Source: Deltaproteobacteria bacterium
GTDB taxonomy: Bacteria > Myxococcota_A > Polyangia > Fen-1088
DNA length: 64,000 nt
Assembly: GCA_033763315.1 (NCBI GenBank)
Contig: JANRKS010000009.1
Location: 192,001 to 256,000 of the forward strand
Reading direction: 5' to 3'
Shown here: positions 9,135 to 18,072 of the stretch, in pieces
Numbering within the stretch: position 1 is the stretch's first letter
Layout: every line of letters begins with the position of its first letter
Position numbers and translations under genes: made by a program
The notes under the pieces: generated by a model
Told to the model about the DNA's origin: nothing
The model's database searches: none
The model's input: the letters and a program-made list of their open reading frames with translations, nothing else

Positions 9135-10148
9135 CTAAGGTGCGGCACAGGCTCGTGCGGTGCACACCACGACGCCGCCGGCGCCACAAACACACTGATT
9201 GCAGCGATCGCCGGCCGGGGCTGTTGCACCCACAGGATACGTCTTGCCGTCGACCAAGCAGGTGCCGTTGTTGCCGAGGCACTGCACCAGTTCGTTCGTT
9301 GGCGTGAAGCCACACTGGCCGTTCTTCTGGCGCTCGCAGGTGGCCTTCTGATAACACGCATATTCGGGCCTGAATTCACAGGTCGAGATCAATGGCGCGT
9401 CAGCGCACAGCTGGCCCGAGCATCCCGTGCGCACGCACTTTTGGGGTGCGGGCTCATCGGGTATGCACAACTTCTTCGTGCACGACACGCCCTCGGGGCC
9501 GCAGGTGCAGGTGTTGCATTTGTCGGTCGAAGGAAAGCTCTCGCCCACCTTGTGCCATTCGCTGTTATAGCTGCAGTAGCTTCCTGTGGCGGCCAAGCAT
9601 GCATCCAACTCTTTGCTGGGGGTGTGGCCGCATTCACCGTTGGCTTGTCGCTCACAAGCTGCCTTGGCGAAGCACGCGTACTCTTCGCGCCACTCGCAGG
9701 TGCTGCCCGCATCACTGCCTTCTTCGACACACAACTGGCCCGAGCAGCCGCCGCGGACACATTTTCGTTGGTCGGGAGCACATGCGATTTCTGTACAGGC
9801 GATGCCGTCTTTTGTGCACGTACATTTGTTGCAGCCATCCAGCGCAGGAAAAGACGCACCCAAACTGAAATTGGTTTTGCCGTCACTGCAGCCGCCTGGG
9901 CCGGGATCGCCGCATGCGATCAGCGTGCAGGCAACGTTGCCATCTTCCCCACACGAACAGGTGTTGCACCCATCGGACGCCGGGAATGACGTGCCGGTTT
10001 TGTGAAAGTCCTTGCCGTCAAAGCAACCTCCGGGGGAAGGATCGGGTTCATCTCCCGAGGGGCAAGCGCCAAGACCCAGCGCCAGCGCGCCCGCGACGGC
10101 AATCTTAACAACGTGGTGCCATGGCAAAGCGAGTCTCTGGTGTTCCAT
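9135..10148 (-). CDS. Cys-rich lipoprotein: four pacifastin-like modules + two eight-cysteine modules
   Basis: Lipobox LGAC; four C..CNxCxC..G..CTxxxC units; two CVRxGCSGQLC..STCE.R.EYAC..A.CERQ.NG.CG..C units. Confidence 0.75.
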   Translation of the reverse strand: MEHQRLALPWHHVVKIAVAGALALGLGACPSGDEPDPSPGGCFDGKDFHKTGTSFPASDGCNTCSCGEDGNVACTLIACGDPGPGGCSDGKTNFSLGASFPALDGCNKCTCTKDGIACTEIACAPDQRKCVRGGCSGQLCVEEGSDAGSTCEWREEYACFAKAACERQANGECGHTPSKELDACLAATGSYCSYNSEWHKVGESFPSTDKCNTCTCGPEGVSCTKKLCIPDEPAPQKCVRTGCSGQLCADAPLISTCEFRPEYACYQKATCERQKNGQCGFTPTNELVQCLGNNGTCLVDGKTYPVGATAPAGDRCNQCVCGAGGVVVCTARACAAP

Positions 10149-10162
10149 AGGCCTTTGATTTT

Positions 10163-10178
10163 AGCAAAATGCAGGCCA
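10163..10178 (-). promoter_or_regulatory. Putative sigma-54 promoter
   Basis: Minus strand TGGCCTGCATTTTGCT = GG-N10-GC -24/-12 spacing, immediately upstream of the Cys-rich lipoprotein. Confidence 0.5.
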
Positions 10179-10273
10179 CGCCCAAACCCCTGCAATCGCT
10201 AGCTTATGTTCATGCAAGATCTCAGATTCCTGAGGTCAATCATTGTTTGGGCGCACGATCTGCCGCACTTTCC

Positions 10274-10909
10274 TCAGAACTCTAAGACGAGGCTCACGGT
10301 CTCAGGCAGGGCGCCCACATACGTCGTTGCCAGCTTTTGGTAGCCGGGCTTGGCAAGCACCTCCACAAGGCAAGTCTGCTGCTCCCTCGTGAGATCCTCT
10401 GCGGGTGGCATAGGCTCAATGCGGTGATCGAAAACAGCTCCGGTTTCAGGTGTGAGTGACGCAGTCCACCGAATGGCGCCTGGCTTCGAGGTGCCCACAA
10501 AGCATTGTGCCAAGCGCTGGCTGCGTGCCGCCACCTGCAGCCGGAAGGCTTCCACCCACGGAGGTTCGAGGGCGTCGTCGGCCTTGTATGGCGTGCGTAG
10601 CCGCTTCGCGATTTTGACTGGACGTTCAGCGCCGCGCTTCGGCTGTGGGTTCATCGTGCTTTTCACTTTAACGACCGCGCCCTGCGCCCCTTTCCGGGGC
10701 GGCGGTGGGTTCACGGAATCGCAACTGCATCGTGAAAGGCAAAGCAAGATGAGCAACAGCAGAGCGGCCCAGATCCGCCGCTGGCGCGCTTTGCGTTTTT
10801 GCACCGCAGGCAACGCGGCCAAGCGCTGAGCCAGTTCGCGGCGTTTGGCGATCATGCGGCGACGCAAGTCCTTGCGTTGGGCGCGCAACGTTTTGCCCGC
10901 GCCGATCAC
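10274..10909 (-). CDS. Bitopic membrane protein with TonB-C/AgmX-PglI-like C-terminal domain (last gene of motor operon)
   Basis: Basic N-terminus, TM (IWAALLLLILLCL), Pro/Lys linker, VAARSQRLAQCF..GAIRWTASL..G.V..QQTCLVEVL; GTG 10909 overlaps upstream TGA. Confidence 0.6.
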   Translation of the reverse strand: MIGAGKTLRAQRKDLRRRMIAKRRELAQRLAALPAVQKRKARQRRIWAALLLLILLCLSRCSCDSVNPPPPRKGAQGAVVKVKSTMNPQPKRGAERPVKIAKRLRTPYKADDALEPPWVEAFRLQVAARSQRLAQCFVGTSKPGAIRWTASLTPETGAVFDHRIEPMPPAEDLTREQQTCLVEVLAKPGYQKLATTYVGALPETVSLVLEF

Positions 10910-12831
10910 TCTGAAAGTTTCCAGCCAAAGATCAGTTGGTTGCGCTTGTTGCGCCACTGCACAGGCATAAGGGTTAGCGGTGCGAACACCGAGGGGGCCT
11001 GCACCTGCGGCGCGAAAAACGGCCAGGGCAATGGATCGGCAGGCGCCAAGCGGACGTTGCCTGTGAAGGTTTGCTTTTCAAGCGCCAAGTTCCGCGACTT
11101 GCCCGTGACGGAGTTGTCAGTGACACCCAAACCGTCCAGCATGGCGCGTGCGCGCACGCCATACTCCTGCGCGGTTCGCATGTTCGACTTGCGCAAGCCG
11201 CCCTCGAAGGAGTCAAGCACAGCCACCACGAGCTTCAACGTGGGAATGTGCGCCTGCCGGACGTCTTTATCCTCAGCCTCCAAGCGGTCCAACAGCTGTC
11301 CCACAAAACGCAAGGCCAAGTGCGGCTCGGTTATCGTTCGTGAACGTATTTGATTCATCACGGCGCTGGCGTTGCCTTGCGCCAAAGGACTCAACGTTGC
11401 GATGCGATCGTCAAGCGCGCTGCCTTTGCGCGCGCTGGCCACGGCGTGCTCGAAGGATGTCTGGTCTGCGCGTAAGGCCGCCTTCCAGATTAGATCCTCT
11501 ACCAAGGCGTTCCATTCTTGACGTGGCACCAGCGCCTGCAACCCAGCCAGCAACTCGTCATTGGTCTCGTAGCGCGACATTACGAACGAGAGCCAGCGCC
11601 GCGCCAGTTTTCGGTTGTCCTCGGCCGCTGACGAATCGTCGGCGTGGGCCATAGCGTACGCAAATGAACGCAAAGCATCTTGCTGCTGACCCGCTTCCAA
11701 GAATGCGACGCCCCGGTGTAAAGCGATGGTCGCGTGTTCGCGAAAACCCTGCTCGGGCGCAAGGGCAAGCAAGCGCTTGCCTCGATCGCCCGCAAATATG
11801 AGCGCGCGGCGCGCAGGCGACTCTTTGGCGTCTGCGTGCGCAATCCACACCTGCACTTCATCCATCATGCCTCGATCAAGAAGACCGTCGATGATCGACA
11901 AAACGAGCGGCGAAACATCTGTGCTGTCGCCCACCAGCGCCCGTGCCTGCGCGAACAAGAACAGGCGGCGCGCACGGCTAAGTGCCAGCCATTCGTCGGC
12001 GTTCCACGTGAGGCTGCGGCGTAAGAATGCCGCCTCCTTGCCGTTCCACCCTGCGTTGTTGGCGAACACTTCATCGGCTGCCACAGCAGATACGCCCAGG
12101 GTTTTGGCCTTCTGCTTCGATTCGCGCGCTTTGGAGCGTGCGCGTTGGCTTTCAAGCTGCGCGATCACAAGGTCAAGATCGAACAGGCGAGCCTCGATCA
12201 CGGACACGCCCGTGAACCTATCGAAAGCCAAGGTCTGCAGCGACGTTTGCAGCAGCTTGCGCAACAGACGCGCGGTGACCAAGCGATCCGCCAGATTCGG
12301 AAACAGCGCGGATGAAATCGATCCGCCCATCTGAAGCATCGCCTTGCGCGGCCATAGGCAATTGGTGCGAAAGAACTCCACAGACCGTAGCTCATCAAGC
12401 GACAACACATCCAGCAAAGACACCAGCCTCTGTTGCCGGCCAACCTCGAAGGCTCCGAAGGGCGGTTCAATGGCGGCAGCGTTGTCGCGCCCCGCGGAGC
12501 GCGTCAGATAGTTGTGCATCGCCAGCGGCCACAACCCTGCGCCGGCATCATCTTTGGGAAAACCGTCCTGGCAAAACCCGAGCTGTCCCAACGCGGCCCA
12601 CACCACAGATCGAAACTCGTTCTCCACTGGGTTTGATGTGGAGGGAGAATGTTGCCTGACGCTGTTCGAGAGCAGCCACAGCTTGAGCGCCTCTTTCGGG
12701 TTCTGCTCGCCCAGCGCCAGCCGCGCGTTATAGAAGATTTCAGTGTGCGCGTTTGGCGGTTGCGCCGCTGCCGTTTGCGTAAACGCGGTGGTCAGCAGCC
12801 ACGTTGTCAACATCAGGACGCGCGGCCGCAT
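10906..12831 (-). CDS. Secreted helical/TPR-like protein (motor operon)
   Basis: Signal peptide from ATG 12831 (TGATG overlap); TPR-like ALHRGVAFLEAGQQQDALRSFAYA; coiled-coil-like segment. Confidence 0.65.
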   Translation of the reverse strand: MRPRVLMLTTWLLTTAFTQTAAAQPPNAHTEIFYNARLALGEQNPKEALKLWLLSNSVRQHSPSTSNPVENEFRSVVWAALGQLGFCQDGFPKDDAGAGLWPLAMHNYLTRSAGRDNAAAIEPPFGAFEVGRQQRLVSLLDVLSLDELRSVEFFRTNCLWPRKAMLQMGGSISSALFPNLADRLVTARLLRKLLQTSLQTLAFDRFTGVSVIEARLFDLDLVIAQLESQRARSKARESKQKAKTLGVSAVAADEVFANNAGWNGKEAAFLRRSLTWNADEWLALSRARRLFLFAQARALVGDSTDVSPLVLSIIDGLLDRGMMDEVQVWIAHADAKESPARRALIFAGDRGKRLLALAPEQGFREHATIALHRGVAFLEAGQQQDALRSFAYAMAHADDSSAAEDNRKLARRWLSFVMSRYETNDELLAGLQALVPRQEWNALVEDLIWKAALRADQTSFEHAVASARKGSALDDRIATLSPLAQGNASAVMNQIRSRTITEPHLALRFVGQLLDRLEAEDKDVRQAHIPTLKLVVAVLDSFEGGLRKSNMRTAQEYGVRARAMLDGLGVTDNSVTGKSRNLALEKQTFTGNVRLAPADPLPWPFFAPQVQAPSVFAPLTLMPVQWRNKRNQLIFGWKLSE

Positions 12832-13634
12832 CAGAACATCCACCCCGCACCCACTGTGGCTTCCCACCACCAGTAGATCTCCGAACCTGTGATCGGCAAC
12901 GCAACCAAAGATCTCCACGTGACGAAGCCACCGCTGCCGAAATAGATGTCCAAGTTCAACCCCGCAAGCGCGTTGAAGCGCCCGCGGTCGATCTGCATGC
13001 CGCCCAGCCGTGCGTCTTCCAATTCTCTTAGTTCGCGGCTTGAAAGCCGAGGCGCAATAAATGACCGCGCCACCTGCGTCACGCTGGCTCCGTCCAAAAC
13101 CTCGGGATAGAACAGATAACGTAAGCAACCCACCGCTGATAGAACAAGCTGCGTGCTTGGCATAAAGCCGGGGCGCGCGGTGCCCACGCCTTCAACCAGC
13201 GGGATGGCCAAACTGGCATCCAACTCGAAACGACTGGGCCGCCCCAGCTGCCGGTAAGGCGTCAACGCCAGCTTGTCAGAGCTTGGGCTGCCCCATGTTT
13301 GCACGCGGGTGATCGACAGCTCGCCCATCCATCCCGAAAGCGGCATCCGTGCGAACAACCCATAACGAGCGCTCTTGAAGTTGTTGAGCTCAAACAGTTG
13401 ACTGCCGATGAGCCCCACGCCGACGCTCTTTTGACGCCAATCAAAGCGCACGGCGCGCGAAGCCACGCCAATCGAACGTTCGCTGAGCAAGCGCTGGCTC
13501 AAGGTGTCGAAAGGCACGCGGTGTTTTTCAATGCTTGTATCGGGTGTGCGTTCTGTTGAAGGTACTGTCTCGGACGCGGGGGCCTGGCGCACGACGCCTA
13601 CGATGAGGGCGCAACACACAACCGCGGCGCGCAC
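12831..13634 (-). CDS. Predicted outer-membrane beta-barrel protein (motor operon)
   Basis: Signal peptide; alternating amphipathic strands; C-terminal ATVGAGWMF with terminal Phe; start GTG 13634 or TTG 13646. Confidence 0.6.
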   Translation of the reverse strand: MRAAVVCCALIVGVVRQAPASETVPSTERTPDTSIEKHRVPFDTLSQRLLSERSIGVASRAVRFDWRQKSVGVGLIGSQLFELNNFKSARYGLFARMPLSGWMGELSITRVQTWGSPSSDKLALTPYRQLGRPSRFELDASLAIPLVEGVGTARPGFMPSTQLVLSAVGCLRYLFYPEVLDGASVTQVARSFIAPRLSSRELRELEDARLGGMQIDRGRFNALAGLNLDIYFGSGGFVTWRSLVALPITGSEIYWWWEATVGAGWMF

Positions 13635-13635
13635 C

Positions 13636-15639
13636 TTAAGGATCAAGGGGAAACCCTCCGTCGGTGGGCACGGGAAAACGCGGACGATAACAGCGCGAAG
13701 CGAAGTTTGGCGAAAAGGCTATGTTGAGGTTGTAGACCCCTGCGGAATCGAAGGTGGGGTGATCACAGAAGCGGCGGCACTGCAAAAGTACGTCGGCGAG
13801 TTTGAACTCTTCGGTTTGCCATAGCTCGGCGCCGTAATAAGACGTGGCCGGAACGCCGAGGCCGAAGGGTGCCGTGGCAGAGAATGCACTGACCGCTCCG
13901 GCGATCACAATTTCGTAATTCATGCGCAACAGAAACGGAAAGTCCCACGCCAGGCCCACTTGGTAAAGGCGTGCGGGCGTCTGGCTTTGGAACATCGGCA
14001 GTTGGGACAAGGGGGCGGGATCTGCGTCGCTTGAGGGTCTGAAGATCACGGCGGAGGCCAGCGTGCGCCTATCGGCGCAATAAGAGAATGAATCCGTGGA
14101 TTCGGCTGTGATTGTCTCGTTGTTGAAGAATGTGCCGGTGCCGAAGTCGCCCAAATCCACGTTCGATGACAGCGGCGTGCGCTCAGGCGCACGAAATTCT
14201 AACCGCACCACCTTGCCCGTCTGTGCCTCACCGTATTTCTTCACAAAGTTCAGATACTGCTGCCGGCTTGGCAGGATAGGCAGGTTCGCGACGCCAAAGG
14301 GCCCGAGTGTCAGTTCGAGATCGTCTGGCAATACAGCGCACGCTTGGCTGGCACCGTTGTTCACTTGATCCAAATCGCCGACGATGTTGGCGGGGCACCA
14401 CAGCACCGACCGAGACACTTCGGTACGCACGACTGTGTAAGCGAAACTATCGAGCACGAACGCACCAGCGAGCCGCGGGGTGCTCTTGTCGCGTTCCGTT
14501 TGCAAAACGTCTTGCAGCGCGCGTTCAACAACGTCCGCGAATTGCCGCGTTTCATCGTCGTGGTGCAACGCCACCGCCAAAACCATGTCCATGCCCTGCG
14601 CCCGCACTTCGTCTACGCGCTTGCGGAAGGTGGTGGCGAGTTCGTCGGCAAAAGTTGGTTGTTGCCAGTCGTCGATACAAATCTGCGGCGCGTCTTGCAG
14701 AACCAGTCGCTGAATCTGCAGCTTGCGATGGGCTTCGTTGATCACGCGGCGGCACGGCTGCAACAAAAAGCCAATCCGTTGTGTCACGCGGATCGGGCTG
14801 CGTAGGGTTGGGAACGCAGAAACCACTTCGGCGTTTTTGCGTGCCAGCGCGGCCGCTGTGAAAGTGCCTGTGGCGTCTGTGACCGTGGCGCTTGCGCAGA
14901 CGCTGCTAGCTTCGCCGGCCAGAACGGGCAAAGAGTTTGCATCGAACACGGCGCGGTCTTTGGTTTCCAACGCGGGCCACCCGAGCGGCTCCAAACCCTC
15001 CGGACACGTAGTGGCAAAAGCATAGCCGTAGGGATTGGTTTCGATTGGCGACGTGGCTTCGCCATATTGTGGCGCTGTGATCGTGAACGAGCGCCGCAAG
15101 CCCAACGCCTGCACTTGTTCGTTGCGCAGCGTAGGAAACTGATGGCGCGCCCGCCATTGCACTCGCGTGTTGGTGGCGTCAAACACGCCGTAAATCAGGA
15201 GGCTGCGGTTGGTGTGGGCCGGGCCGGCTGCAATGACATTCAAATTAACTTTCGGATCCAGTGTCACTTCGCCATCGCGGTGATAACGCAAGCGAATGCC
15301 CACTTGCCGGGGTGGCAAATTCACCGCAAGGCTTGTGCTGCCACAGCGCGCGTTGGGGCCACAATCCACCGGTACGTGCGTGTGCACCGTGGGCAATTGC
15401 GTGATCGGCACCCAAGTCTGATCTTTGTCGTCGGTGCGATAGGTCAGTTCCACGACGCTTGTGGGGCCAAGTCCTTGTTCCGCCTGCACGCGGTAAAATA
15501 CAAACATGGTGGCTTCCTGGGCAAACCACGCCACGTCTGCAACCTCGAAGCGTGCGTTGACGTCGGTGATTGGCACCTTCTCGCACGCCACCCCTGAGGC
15601 GAGGGCGGCGGCACAAGCGAAGAAGGTGACGAACTTCAC
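13636..15639 (-). CDS. Large Cys-containing lipoprotein of unknown function (motor operon)
   Basis: Lipobox GVAC; 667 aa; start codon abuts upstream stop. Confidence 0.7.
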   Translation of the reverse strand: MKFVTFFACAAALASGVACEKVPITDVNARFEVADVAWFAQEATMFVFYRVQAEQGLGPTSVVELTYRTDDKDQTWVPITQLPTVHTHVPVDCGPNARCGSTSLAVNLPPRQVGIRLRYHRDGEVTLDPKVNLNVIAAGPAHTNRSLLIYGVFDATNTRVQWRARHQFPTLRNEQVQALGLRRSFTITAPQYGEATSPIETNPYGYAFATTCPEGLEPLGWPALETKDRAVFDANSLPVLAGEASSVCASATVTDATGTFTAAALARKNAEVVSAFPTLRSPIRVTQRIGFLLQPCRRVINEAHRKLQIQRLVLQDAPQICIDDWQQPTFADELATTFRKRVDEVRAQGMDMVLAVALHHDDETRQFADVVERALQDVLQTERDKSTPRLAGAFVLDSFAYTVVRTEVSRSVLWCPANIVGDLDQVNNGASQACAVLPDDLELTLGPFGVANLPILPSRQQYLNFVKKYGEAQTGKVVRLEFRAPERTPLSSNVDLGDFGTGTFFNNETITAESTDSFSYCADRRTLASAVIFRPSSDADPAPLSQLPMFQSQTPARLYQVGLAWDFPFLLRMNYEIVIAGAVSAFSATAPFGLGVPATSYYGAELWQTEEFKLADVLLQCRRFCDHPTFDSAGVYNLNIAFSPNFASRCYRPRFPVPTDGGFPLDP

Positions 15640-17445
15640 TTAGCCCACAAGCCCCGCGAAGGACAAACGTCCCGACGCCACCAACCGCTTAAGCGCGGCC
15701 ACGAGTTCCTCGTGGGCCCGACGCGCCAGCTGCACTTGCGCCTCAGTCGAGTCGAAGCTGCTGCTCGCCTCAAGCGCGTTCTGCATCGTGGGGGACAGCG
15801 CGGCGACGAAGCGGGCCTTCCACGCGGGCGTCTGCAACGAAGCGTAGGCCGCCAATGCCTTGATATCGACCTGCAACAGCAGATCCGCCTGCAACTCTGC
15901 GGGCACCTTCATCAGCATGTCGGCATGCAAAACGTCGCGGTACCAGGCGGGCAATTCACCGCCCGCGCGGTTGGCCACCGCTTGCACCAGAAGCCGTCGG
16001 TCGTCTTCAGGCACATAGCCCAACAGCACAGACAAAGCTCGTGCCGCATCGAACGGGCGCCCTCGATCTTCGGATAGGTTCGACGGCGGGCGGGGCGGGG
16101 CGGGCAGCGGCTGGCCAGCGCGCGCTGCGTTCAATGCAGCGAACACATACTCGCGGTCTTCTGCCGACATGCGGTTCGAGCTCGACAAAGCGCCCGCCAC
16201 TTGCGAACGCAGTGGAATGGGCAACGCCCGCGCCACTTCGTGCTGCATGTCGTGCGGTGCAAGCGCAAACACCAAAGCCCCCGGACGAGCTGGCAGCGTG
16301 GCCACCAGCTGCGCAATGCCTGCGCTGCCAAATTCATCACGCAAGCTGCGGTAGGTTTGCGCGTCCGCCTGGGCAAGCAACGTCGATGACAGCGCGTGGG
16401 GGCTGAGTTTGCGGAAAAAGGCTGCGTCGCTGGGAAGCTTGTTGGGATCGACGTCACGCATGTATTCGGCAAACGCAACCTTGGCGGCTGCGAGATCACC
16501 TTGCGCAGGGAACGCGTGGGCCAAAGCGTCGCCGAACAACGCCATGGCCTTGGCCAACATCGCGAAGTCACCGGCCATGAGCCACTGCCGCACAAGCTCC
16601 GCCACCATCTCATCTGGCTTATTCGCGCGAATGTTACCCAGACGCGTGTCCCACAGCCGTTGCTGTTCTGCCACGACGGAAGGGTCTTCGCCTTCGCTAG
16701 GTGTTTCGCCTGGCTTGGGATTGCCATCCGGGGTGACCGCGCCGGTGGTGGCCTCGTTTTGCAACTGCGCCAGCAACGCTTTGTCTTGCAGTGACTCGCG
16801 CCCCAGCCGGCGGAGGGCCCAGATGATCACAAGGGCCGCGAGCGTGGCCAAGAAAACCGCAATCATCCATGAAAAATGCGGCAACAGGCTCAGCCACAAC
16901 TCGCGCTTGGCCACCTCGCTTTCCCATTTGACGGGTGGGGGTGGTGGCGGTGCGGGCTCGGCCTTCGGCTTCGCGAGGGGCTCAGGTTTGGGCGGTGGGG
17001 ATTCGCTTAGCGAAGCCGAGATGGGTTCTAGAATCTGCCGCCCCACTGTGACTTTGAGCCAACCTTTTGAGAGCCGCTGTTCAAGCCGACGCACCAACGC
17101 CTGCACATCGCGTGGGCTCACCGATTTTTCATGGGCAAAGTCGCAGCGTGCTTCCGTGAGGTATTCCTGTGCCACAACGCTGCCTGGCCCTTGCTCTTGC
17201 CCCAGGCCCGGAAGCGACGAGGAGCGTGGCAGATCAACCACCGCGTGATCGCGGTAAACGCAGCCCTTCGAGACGCAACGCTCGACGGCGCAGTCGTGCA
17301 TCAACGCCTCATCGAAGTGGCTCTCGAGCGAGCGCAGCTCCGCAAGCACAGGCGAAGGAATATGCTTCTCGGGCACAGGCACGGTTTGCGCCCAGACCGC
17401 GGTTGGCAGGGCTCCAATAACAACGAGCAGCGATAAGTTTTTCAC
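15640..17445 (-). CDS. Membrane-anchored FliG-like rotor protein (signal peptide + periplasmic domain + TM + FliG-M/FliG-C-like domains)
   Basis: C-terminus VLHADMLMKVP..LLLQVDIKALA..RFVAALS..AHEELVAALKRLVASGRL follows FliG-C pattern; GIAQLV..GALVF..EVARALP..RSQVA..NRMS follows FliG-M pattern; directly after motB. Confidence 0.65.
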   Translation of the reverse strand: MKNLSLLVVIGALPTAVWAQTVPVPEKHIPSPVLAELRSLESHFDEALMHDCAVERCVSKGCVYRDHAVVDLPRSSSLPGLGQEQGPGSVVAQEYLTEARCDFAHEKSVSPRDVQALVRRLEQRLSKGWLKVTVGRQILEPISASLSESPPPKPEPLAKPKAEPAPPPPPPVKWESEVAKRELWLSLLPHFSWMIAVFLATLAALVIIWALRRLGRESLQDKALLAQLQNEATTGAVTPDGNPKPGETPSEGEDPSVVAEQQRLWDTRLGNIRANKPDEMVAELVRQWLMAGDFAMLAKAMALFGDALAHAFPAQGDLAAAKVAFAEYMRDVDPNKLPSDAAFFRKLSPHALSSTLLAQADAQTYRSLRDEFGSAGIAQLVATLPARPGALVFALAPHDMQHEVARALPIPLRSQVAGALSSSNRMSAEDREYVFAALNAARAGQPLPAPPRPPSNLSEDRGRPFDAARALSVLLGYVPEDDRRLLVQAVANRAGGELPAWYRDVLHADMLMKVPAELQADLLLQVDIKALAAYASLQTPAWKARFVAALSPTMQNALEASSSFDSTEAQVQLARRAHEELVAALKRLVASGRLSFAGLVG

Positions 17446-18068
17446 TAGTAGATCCTCACAACCACACGGCGGTGTTTCGCCAACCGCTGTTCGGGCGATA
17501 GCCCTGTGACTTGGTCTTGCGGCAAAGGTTTGGTGTCGGCGTAACCCTCCACGCGGATCGCCGAACGGCGTATACCCACGTCTTCCAGGCGCTGCCGGAC
17601 CACGATGGCCCGGGCGCTTGAAAGCTCCCAGTTGCTCGGGAAGGAGCCGCCAGCGATCGGCGTTGAATCGGTGTGGCCCTCGACCGCAAAGTTGTACTTC
17701 TCAGAGTAGGGCGCGATCACTTGCAGCATCGACAGCACAGTGTTCTCAAGCTCAGGACGAATCTTGGCCTTGCCCGAGTCAAACACGAGCCCTGAATTTA
17801 GCGACACTTTGAGGCCATCGTCAGACACATCGGTTTGCACCAAATCCTGCAGCTGCTTTGCCGCGATCTGTGCGTCGATTTCTTTGCGAATCGACTCCAA
17901 GCTGGCTGGGCTTTCACTGCCCGACATACTTTTTACGATCTGTTGCATACGCCCCTTGCTGAGGTTCGCGGCTGTCAGCAGCACCACGAAGAACAGCAGC
18001 AGATTCGTAATGAGGTCGGCGTAGCTCAGCAGCCAGCTTTCCTCGGTCGATTTGGCCCGGCGTTGCAT
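17445..18068 (-). CDS. motB: Flagellar-type stator B subunit (MotB family, OmpA-like PG-binding domain)
   Basis: WLLSYADLITNLLLFFVVL with conserved Asp; LVFDSGKA, VEGHTD, SNWELSSARA, GYADTKP, HRRVVV. Confidence 0.88.
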   Translation of the reverse strand: MQRRAKSTEESWLLSYADLITNLLLFFVVLLTAANLSKGRMQQIVKSMSGSESPASLESIRKEIDAQIAAKQLQDLVQTDVSDDGLKVSLNSGLVFDSGKAKIRPELENTVLSMLQVIAPYSEKYNFAVEGHTDSTPIAGGSFPSNWELSSARAIVVRQRLEDVGIRRSAIRVEGYADTKPLPQDQVTGLSPEQRLAKHRRVVVRIY

Positions 18069-18072
18069 GGCT

